Virus record (IMG/VR): IMGVR_UViG_3300033145_000849
Span: 32,001-96,000 of that record
Origin: a virus
Strand: one strand, 5' to 3'
Length of the DNA stretch: 64,000 bases
Of this stretch, positions 57,124-64,000 are shown in pieces. A program made the translations under genes and the position numbers. The notes below the pieces were generated by a model, which saw nothing but the letters and a program-made list of their open reading frames with translations, was not told the origin of the DNA and did not search any database. Every line of letters begins with the position of its first letter. The stretch's first letter is position 1.

Positions 57124-58542
57124 CTATCGGCTAATCACATTGATAACAACAAGTGTATCGGCTGCACCAGCGAAGGTTACGAGATCTGTATAACCTTGAC
57201 TTGCAGAACCTGGCATTTGATCCATCTGACCAAGATTAGCACTAGCTGAACCAGCAGTAGCATTGGCCATAGAACCTGCAGAACTAGTATTGAGCGCGGG
57301 GCTGTAACCCGTTCTTACTCTGTCTAGAGCATCTGATGGTTCCGATTCAAATCCAAGAACCTGTCCCATAAGATTAGAACAGTTGGACGTTCCAGGTGCT
57401 GGATTAGCTCTAACCCAGTTACTGGCAGCGCCACATTCAAGGAAGTCGCCAGGCTTTAATTCTGAAGTGGTCGCAAGAACACAAGAGAATTGACTGTATA
57501 CGCCTGGAGCTGTTGCATAGTGATAGTACTCTATTGAAACAGTACCACCGGCACCAGAAATGGAAGTTGGCAGAGCAGCACTATCAGCACTATAGATAAA
57601 GATAACGCCGGCAGCGGTGTCAACATAGAAATCTCCAGCTGCATCTACTGAAGAAACAGAAGATTGTTCGTTAACCAAAACACCAGACACATCATCAGCC
57701 GTATTATCGCTTTCCATAGCAATCGTAGTACGAGCAGTGTTCTTGGCAATCGGGAACTCGTCTAGACACAAGGCAATAACAGTGTCTGTAGACAACAGGG
57801 GCTCAGCGCCGTAGGTAGCGTTATAGCGACCTGTAGCGTTAGCAACAGAATTGGCTTTCGTAAAAGTAGCTTGAGTACCAATAACTAGAGCTGAACCAGT
57901 AACTGTTTTATCAACAGTCTCAGTAGTAACCTGACCAGGAATCAACGGAAGTCTAATGACATAGTCACAAAGAACCGCTACCTGATGCTGCATGTTATAG
58001 TTATGATTGTTGAATTCGGCAGGATTGAATCCATCTCCACCGGCCCATTGCAGGTATGCATAAGGAGCCACACCAATGGGATACTTAGCAGTAGCATCAA
58101 CAAAGTCTGAGCCAAAACGACCCATAAAACCAGAGGTTTTCTGAGCTGCGACACCAGCAAGAGCTGCCGTCCATCCAGCTTCTCTGACACCATTCAACTG
58201 AGACAAAGTCACAGTCTTTGCAATAGTAACTGCTTCACCAGTAGCAACATCAATGGTACCTGCGGTAACATCGCTTGCCGTATAGGCAACAGTTGCACCT
58301 GTAAGACCATACTCTGCGGGCATTACTCGACCATCGGGATCGAGAGCTACCATCTTACCTGGCATTACAACATTCCAATTCTCATAATGTTTGTCATAGA
58401 ATTGGACAGGAAGCCATGCTGCTGGCTTAAACGGAAAGGCAGGTCGTTGTCCCTCCGAAAGTTCAATGTCCGGAAGTATATTTCCGACATGGTCCCAAAC
58501 CTTGTGGCTTGGTGAATACTGACCCAGGGTGTTAAAAGGCAT
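57124..58542 (-). CDS. Head decoration/cement protein (472 aa)
   Basis: Lies between protease/scaffold and MCP; VVMPGKMVALD, PIGVAPY, LKPGDFL, MGQVLG motifs; strong GGAGG RBS. Confidence 0.7.
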   Translation of the reverse strand: MPFNTLGQYSPSHKVWDHVGNILPDIELSEGQRPAFPFKPAAWLPVQFYDKHYENWNVVMPGKMVALDPDGRVMPAEYGLTGATVAYTASDVTAGTIDVATGEAVTIAKTVTLSQLNGVREAGWTAALAGVAAQKTSGFMGRFGSDFVDATAKYPIGVAPYAYLQWAGGDGFNPAEFNNHNYNMQHQVAVLCDYVIRLPLIPGQVTTETVDKTVTGSALVIGTQATFTKANSVANATGRYNATYGAEPLLSTDTVIALCLDEFPIAKNTARTTIAMESDNTADDVSGVLVNEQSSVSSVDAAGDFYVDTAAGVIFIYSADSAALPTSISGAGGTVSIEYYHYATAPGVYSQFSCVLATTSELKPGDFLECGAASNWVRANPAPGTSNCSNLMGQVLGFESEPSDALDRVRTGYSPALNTSSAGSMANATAGSASANLGQMDQMPGSASQGYTDLVTFAGAADTLVVINVISR

Positions 58543-58559
58543 TCAAACTCCTCCTTGGA

Positions 58560-60686
58560 TTATTCCTTTACTGGATTTTCAATGGGGACTAGCCCCTTTG
58601 CTTGTGCATTTTTCAAATATCGATCTGCGATTGCTTGTCCAGAGCCCATTCTAAGCTTTAGAAATCTTTCTGCAACCTGCTCGATAACATTACGGTCATA
58701 TCTTTTCTCATCTTTAACTTTTGTCTTACCTGTATTGTCTTGAACCGCTGTTGGATCATCTACCATCCCTGCTGGATTATTCGATAAACCAGAATTTAGT
58801 TTATCAGCGATCTTAACGATGTCAACTTTGCTGTCTAGGTCCTTTAATGTCTCATCCAAAATCTCTGTAGACTTCTCTTTTAATTCATTTAATTGAACCT
58901 CTTCTCCAGCTAGACAATGGAAATCTGCCACTCTTTGAATCTTAAGGGAACGAATTTCCTCTACTGCTTTAGCAAGAGAATCTTCTAAGGTATCAACATC
59001 TTTATGGAGATACCCGTTTTCCTTACGGCCAGTTTCAAGCTTGTCTTCTACTGCTTTGACAGCATCTTCTGCATTTTTGTCAGATACAGTCTTAGAGTCT
59101 TTTAACTGGTTTTCAAGTTCTGCAATGCGATCTTCCAAGGGCTTGGTATCGCAACTATGTTCTACTCCGCGTTCACTCATGGCACCTAAAATGCCATTAT
59201 AAAGTTGGGTTAGTTCACCATCAGAAAAGTGGTCAAAATAGTCAAGAATAAACTGTCCAAGACTTACTTCAACAATAGTATCTTTTACTTCATCCTCAAA
59301 GGTACAACCAAGGCGTTTTGCTTTCCGGGTAATACAATCGACTACTGAAGTTTCAACCTCGTTCTTTTTAGCATAAGCCATGGCCGATTTGGCATGGGCG
59401 CGATCATTGACAGGATAACTTCTGTTAGGACCACAGAAAACAGAGTCTGCAAGCTTCTTTCTAGAATCTGCAGTTAGTTTTGCATCCTTAAGAGAAACGA
59501 TATCCTCGTCTTCTTTAAGGTCTCCCTGTAGAGCGTCTGCTACCATAGCAGCATACTCTACTCCCCATCCATCTTCTCCAACGATTTCATCGTATTCGTC
59601 GCCCCAAAAGAGTTTAACAGGGTTCTCTTCGTCTTGAGTCTCTGTATTTTTGGGGGTAATTTGTTCGTCCAATAACTGGAAGAATTTTTCTTCCTCTAGG
59701 TCTTTGTGCTCGTCGATAAGCTTTGTGACCATATCCTTCAAGTTCTCTACGTCCTTGTATTTTTCAGATGCGAGTTTGAAGGCATTTTCAAAAGTCATTA
59801 TAACGTCCTCCTTGGTTAGGTCTTGTTGTTGATATGAATCTATTATCAAGCCCACTTCAGGTATGAGACCAAGTGTAACATCATTATCTAAATGTACAAA
59901 GTCTTGTACTCCCGCTATATTAACTTCAATTACACGGGAATGTCTATCTGCAGGCTTGTTAACGAATGAATACTCATCATAGACTAGGTCTCCAGCTATT
60001 AAAACAGCTTTCTTACCATCATAGATCTGTCCAGGCTTATGGTCACAGGGCCCTTCATCTTCTGCCCAGTCCTGTTTACATACAGAACAGACAGCCTGAT
60101 TAGTGCTAGCCCCTACGGAACCGGTTAGATATCTACCATCAACAACCTTTTTAGCTGCATCAGGATCAGAGATATCTGCAATTAGTTCAATATATCCAAG
60201 ACCTTCGTAAGAAGGATCGTCTACAACCTTAGCATCTTCAATGAAATAGCGACTTGCTATATCAAAGCTTTCACTAAAAGACAGTTTACCTTCAATAAAG
60301 GCATCTAGGAGGGCTGAACTAATGGCGGTTTCACAGTGGTCTTTAACTTCGGTTGCATCTACCCGATGTCTAAAACCCTCTGAAATATCTATATAACTAG
60401 CTTTATAGACTCTTCCAATAGCGTCATTGTGGCTATCGTGATGAATAAGAATAGGCTTATTGAACTGATCAGTCCAACTAGCTGTTCCTGCTCTCATTTT
60501 ACTAGGAAGATAAAAGCCATTGTTTCGTGTAGTAAGGCCAGCGTGAGTAGCGGCAATACCAATTCTTAGAGATGTACTAGCGGCAGGATGAGTAGCATAG
60601 AAGTCTCTAATCTGATCTGGAACGATAGGTTTGAACGACACTTGGTCAGTAAACCTAACAAAATTATCAGGATTCTTCTTTGCCAT
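58560..60686 (-). CDS. Prohead maturation protease fused to a scaffold (708 aa)
   Basis: AATHAG..RNNGFY, KPILIHHD...AIGRV, GRYLTGSVG, CSVC..CDH, EYSFVNKPAD; C-terminal coiled coil. Confidence 0.85.
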   Translation of the reverse strand: MAKKNPDNFVRFTDQVSFKPIVPDQIRDFYATHPAASTSLRIGIAATHAGLTTRNNGFYLPSKMRAGTASWTDQFNKPILIHHDSHNDAIGRVYKASYIDISEGFRHRVDATEVKDHCETAISSALLDAFIEGKLSFSESFDIASRYFIEDAKVVDDPSYEGLGYIELIADISDPDAAKKVVDGRYLTGSVGASTNQAVCSVCKQDWAEDEGPCDHKPGQIYDGKKAVLIAGDLVYDEYSFVNKPADRHSRVIEVNIAGVQDFVHLDNDVTLGLIPEVGLIIDSYQQQDLTKEDVIMTFENAFKLASEKYKDVENLKDMVTKLIDEHKDLEEEKFFQLLDEQITPKNTETQDEENPVKLFWGDEYDEIVGEDGWGVEYAAMVADALQGDLKEDEDIVSLKDAKLTADSRKKLADSVFCGPNRSYPVNDRAHAKSAMAYAKKNEVETSVVDCITRKAKRLGCTFEDEVKDTIVEVSLGQFILDYFDHFSDGELTQLYNGILGAMSERGVEHSCDTKPLEDRIAELENQLKDSKTVSDKNAEDAVKAVEDKLETGRKENGYLHKDVDTLEDSLAKAVEEIRSLKIQRVADFHCLAGEEVQLNELKEKSTEILDETLKDLDSKVDIVKIADKLNSGLSNNPAGMVDDPTAVQDNTGKTKVKDEKRYDRNVIEQVAERFLKLRMGSGQAIADRYLKNAQAKGLVPIENPVKE

Positions 60687-60699
60687 ATAAAAACGCCCC

Positions 60700-63186
60700 T
60701 TATGATCCTTTTTTTACGGATTTGTCGTCGGCCCTTAAGTAAGACTTTCGACATTTTTGACAATAGTAAGTACCCGATCTTGGTTGCAATATTGCCGTAT
60801 TAGTACAATCAGGACAGACAATAGTATCATTTCTAACGTTTTCGTCTCCAGGGTCTATAGCATTTGAACCCTCTTTACGTGCAACACTAGGATCAGGTTT
60901 ACTAGTCGTTTCAGAACTATATTTGTCTTCAATCTCTGCCATATCTCGATGAGTAACTACTTTAAGACTACATTTACAACCTGGATGAATCGGTGCTATA
61001 TCTTCCATAGTTACGAATGTTGGGTCTTGGATAGTTCCCTTAAGAGCTTGACATCTTACACAAGCTTCATCTTCTGGAACTATTTCAACACCAAGTTCAT
61101 TAGCAAACTTTACACCTAGAACACGCCCGTAATTATATGCTTTCCTTAGTTCAACATCCCAAATAAACCTTGTTCTATATCTTACAGAGTCAAAAGATGT
61201 ATGGAGTTCAGATATATAGGCACGTTCTCTTTCAGCTAGTGTAACATCGCCAGTTGACTCGTCAACTCGTCTAGTTAACATCCTAATGACTGATTCTGCT
61301 AGTTTATTAACGGTATGCTCTACTCTTACACGTACAGTACTACGCCCAATAACGACCAGGTCTGCTGCTTTAGAAGCTTGCCCACCTGTCTGGTCATTGA
61401 ACCCTCTTATTAATTGGGAAGAAGCTAGACTACTAAATTTTTCTATAACATCTGCAGCCCAGGTATAAGCATGTGCCATGAGGTATTCTTGATTAAGTGA
61501 ACCTCTACTTTTAAGACCGTTTCGTATACGACCTTCTGTATCTGATTCTAATTCTCGGAATCCCTTTTCAATAAAATTATCCTTCTTACTTGTAGCTTTT
61601 TGAGATGTTGCAACCTTGGTCTTTCTGTCTTCTTCTGCTTCTTTTTGAATCGCCTTTTCTTTAGCTGTTATTTCAGCAGCGGCTGCCTTCTTTGTAAGGG
61701 AAAGACTTCTAGATTCTGTAGCCGCTTGAGCTGCCATAGAATAAGGTTCATCAACTGCACTAATAAGCTTGGTAGGTTCTTCAAACAATTTCCAATGTGT
61801 TTGGGCCCATTCAGGATACTTAGACAAGTCCTGATCTTCTGGATCTTCTGGTAATGGAATAGGCTCTTTAGCTAATTCCGAACGAAGCTCGTCATAGGTA
61901 ATTCCATTTGCTTGGAATACTTCAACGGCATGCTTCTGTTGATCCATCTTGTTTTGAACATCAATTTCAGCAAACTGGAGATGGACCATTGTCTCTTCTT
62001 CAAGGATGTCTTCTCCGAAGGTTGACTCCAATAATAGTTCTTTGACAATTTCATGGTCCCATTGCGCTTCAAAAGCATCTTGCACATCCTTAACGGCATC
62101 AATTAGGGCTCTCGAGAGAGTATTGGCAGTGGCACGATTTGTAGTATCTCCGTCTCCTAAGTCTATAGAAGATATACCTAATCCGGCAATAACCCTTTTC
62201 TTAAAGTGATCTAAATAGCCTTCTGCTCTAACAGCTCTTCCTTCAGAACCTATTGCTTCAACATTATGTCTTTCATCAGTAACGATGCCACCTTCTGTGG
62301 GCATGAGCTTAATTTCTTCTTTTACTACGTCAACTTCTCGTAATCCATCTTCTGTATATCCAGCAGGTGCGTTTTCTGTACCTACTTTATAATGAAAGAG
62401 AGGAAATAAGTGTTGATAGAGTAAAAGCTCTATGTTTTCTTCAATCTGTCTAAGAGCTCTAATGTCATCGATTACTGGAATTAATGTAGGAACACCAAAG
62501 ACAAACCCTTCACGTCTATCTATAGTAAAGTGGACTACATCTTGTACTGGAAAGTTTCTATAGCGTCCATTTGGAAGTAATTGGCGCCATCCCATTACCT
62601 TGCCATTGTCATGATTAATATCTACATGCATCGTTTCAGGTGCAGCGGGAAAATAGCCTGCAACTGGTTCTAGGTCCTTTTTTTGAAATGCATCTCGAGT
62701 TTTTCCACCAGAAGACTCTAGCTTTCTAACCTTAACAATGAATGCATTAGAGGTTCTGATAAGGCTATGAGACACCCTTTTCATAAGCTCAATCGTTGGA
62801 ATATTACTAGCTTGAGCAATCTGTGTCATTCTAGTCTTGATGTATTTTATGGTGTTTTTATTAGCGCCTGAATATCCAAGACCTTCCTTGAACATTAGTC
62901 CAATCTTCTTTTTGAAAGCTTGCCTTACGAAACTGTCAGTATCCTCAATGACTCCTATCTCCGAGAGGTCATATTCAGCAGGAAGGAAATATCCTCTTCC
63001 ACCAGCCCATTGTTGAGCATAAGTAAGAACATTAGGCGCAACCTGTTTTACTTGAGAAATAGACATGGCTTTAGAACCAGGAGCAGAAGCTGATGGAGGT
63101 GGGGCAACTGAGCGAATAATAAAATTAGCATCGCCAATCGTTTTCTGTGTGCGTGATGTACCTAAGCCAAAAAGCTTCATAGTCAA
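60700..63186 (-). CDS. Portal protein with a C-terminal MuF-like domain and zinc ribbon (828 aa)
   Basis: DVVHF..REGFVFGVP..PVIDDIRALRQIE, YLDHFKKRVIAGLG..GDTTNRATA; C-terminal ACVRC..PIHPGCKC and CPDC..CQKC. Confidence 0.88.
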   Translation of the reverse strand: MTMKLFGLGTSRTQKTIGDANFIIRSVAPPPSASAPGSKAMSISQVKQVAPNVLTYAQQWAGGRGYFLPAEYDLSEIGVIEDTDSFVRQAFKKKIGLMFKEGLGYSGANKNTIKYIKTRMTQIAQASNIPTIELMKRVSHSLIRTSNAFIVKVRKLESSGGKTRDAFQKKDLEPVAGYFPAAPETMHVDINHDNGKVMGWRQLLPNGRYRNFPVQDVVHFTIDRREGFVFGVPTLIPVIDDIRALRQIEENIELLLYQHLFPLFHYKVGTENAPAGYTEDGLREVDVVKEEIKLMPTEGGIVTDERHNVEAIGSEGRAVRAEGYLDHFKKRVIAGLGISSIDLGDGDTTNRATANTLSRALIDAVKDVQDAFEAQWDHEIVKELLLESTFGEDILEEETMVHLQFAEIDVQNKMDQQKHAVEVFQANGITYDELRSELAKEPIPLPEDPEDQDLSKYPEWAQTHWKLFEEPTKLISAVDEPYSMAAQAATESRSLSLTKKAAAAEITAKEKAIQKEAEEDRKTKVATSQKATSKKDNFIEKGFRELESDTEGRIRNGLKSRGSLNQEYLMAHAYTWAADVIEKFSSLASSQLIRGFNDQTGGQASKAADLVVIGRSTVRVRVEHTVNKLAESVIRMLTRRVDESTGDVTLAERERAYISELHTSFDSVRYRTRFIWDVELRKAYNYGRVLGVKFANELGVEIVPEDEACVRCQALKGTIQDPTFVTMEDIAPIHPGCKCSLKVVTHRDMAEIEDKYSSETTSKPDPSVARKEGSNAIDPGDENVRNDTIVCPDCTNTAILQPRSGTYYCQKCRKSYLRADDKSVKKGS

Positions 63187-63196
63187 ACCAACTCTT

Positions 63197-64000
63197 TTAT
63201 GATTGATTAAGTTCTTCTATCCATTTATTAACCTTGTCAACTTCGGATACTTCTGTTTCCAATCTACAAGGAAGAATCACTTCGGTAGGTCCAGAAAGAG
63301 CCTGGGCAGTTGCCCTAATTGTCTCTTTAGTTTTCTGAGCTACCGTTGGAGTAATAAGATCTTCTCCCTCAAATTGAAACACATTTCCAAAACTTGGCAA
63401 GGGGTCCTCTTTTGTAGAAGAATTCACAACTACATCGAAATTAGGCACCTTTTCATCAATATGAACTTCACCCTTATCGTCAATCCACATATTGAAAGGA
63501 GCATTTGGGTTCAAAAAAGTATCCAAGAAGTTATCAATTTCAGAGATTTCAGGTGGTCGATCACTAGAACAGGCCTGATGTCCTGAAGAAACAGCGCTGA
63601 TTATGGCAGTAATAAACCCAATCATACGTATAGTCTGCAGTTTCTTAGTAGCAGAATCTAAATACCCACCGCCCATGCTTGATGTTTCTTCCATAATTGC
63701 TTTGATTTCATCAAGATAGAAGGCTAGCTTAGTTTCTATTGCATCTTTAGCTTCTTGAATAGTCTGGTTCAATTGTCCCAAACCACCCGTGAGCCCTGCT
63801 TGTATCTCTCTGCTCTTATCTTGAAGCTGGTTCATGGTTTCGTCAGCTTTTCTTAAAGCACTAGGATCCATCTCAAACCCCAGTTTTTGCATTTGTTGAT
63901 TTAAGGAATCTATTACACACTCTAATGGAGCTGTCACTATCGAGACAAACTGATCCAATAAAGAACCAAGAGACATCAGAATAGGAGAAAAAATAGGAGC
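63197..64000 (-). CDS. Hypothetical protein, partial (frame open to the window end)
   Basis: The codons upstream of the ATG at 63976 (APIFSPIL) are in frame with no stop or RBS, so the true start lies outside the window. Confidence 0.75.
   Translation of the reverse strand, partial: APIFSPILMSLGSLLDQFVSIVTAPLECVIDSLNQQMQKLGFEMDPSALRKADETMNQLQDKSREIQAGLTGGLGQLNQTIQEAKDAIETKLAFYLDEIKAIMEETSSMGGGYLDSATKKLQTIRMIGFITAIISAVSSGHQACSSDRPPEISEIDNFLDTFLNPNAPFNMWIDDKGEVHIDEKVPNFDVVVNSSTKEDPLPSFGNVFQFEGEDLITPTVAQKTKETIRATAQALSGPTEVILPCRLETEVSEVDKVNKWIEELNQS

Larger units (their letters stand above)
1..64000 (-). mobile_element. Structural (head-neck-tail-baseplate-fibre) gene module of a large myovirus-type bacteriophage
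   Basis: Co-oriented dense ORFs in canonical phage order: portal, protease, capsid, neck, sheath, tube, chaperones, tape-measure position, baseplate, fibres. No host housekeeping genes seen. Confidence 0.97.

Noticed and set aside
241-63586. The many short plus-strand ORFs and nested minus-strand alternate-frame ORFs in the track
   Set aside because: They lie antisense to or inside long coherent minus-strand genes, lack RBSs and recognisable motifs, and are best explained as shadow ORFs
1-64000. Stop-codon reassignment (alternative genetic code), as in some large phages
   Set aside because: Standard code gives long, gap-free gene tiling, and TAA, TAG and TGA all terminate genes at sensible boundaries
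1-64000. CRISPR arrays, tRNA, rRNA, integrase or terminase genes
   Set aside because: None recognised. Intergenic gaps are mostly too short, and the terminase probably lies outside the window.

Overview
The window is the virion morphogenesis module of a large, AT-rich tailed dsDNA phage with a contractile tail (myovirus). About 42 tightly packed genes all lie on the minus strand. In transcription order (64000 down to 1) they are: a partial hypothetical gene, portal fused to a MuF-like domain, prohead protease/scaffold, head decoration protein, major capsid protein, neck and tail-completion proteins, tail sheath, tail tube and tube paralogs, two tail chaperones, two large proteins at the tape-measure position, a giant hub protein with an M23 peptidase, baseplate wedge genes (gp25-like, BplJ), and a long array of baseplate, receptor-binding and fibre proteins (LamG, FG-GAP, Ig-like, FN3). 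The main find is the 1537-aa protein at 35994-40607. It carries, in order and in one polypeptide, beta-like motifs (PEGQMVIS, VKEGDLLG, KLLGGHKG) and beta-prime-like motifs (LLRGRLPGS, VARHP, ADTDGD) of a two-barrel RNA polymerase. It is therefore a candidate virion-packaged RNAP linked to the tail tape. Its overlapping upstream neighbour carries a 399-aa intein with a LAGLIDADG homing endonuclease. Other signals are Ser-Gly-hydrophobic enrichment in outer virion proteins, a duplicated receptor-binding cassette, and a small module shared by head and tail proteins. No rRNA, tRNA or CRISPR array was recognised. All functional calls come from motifs read by eye plus gene order; no database search was run.
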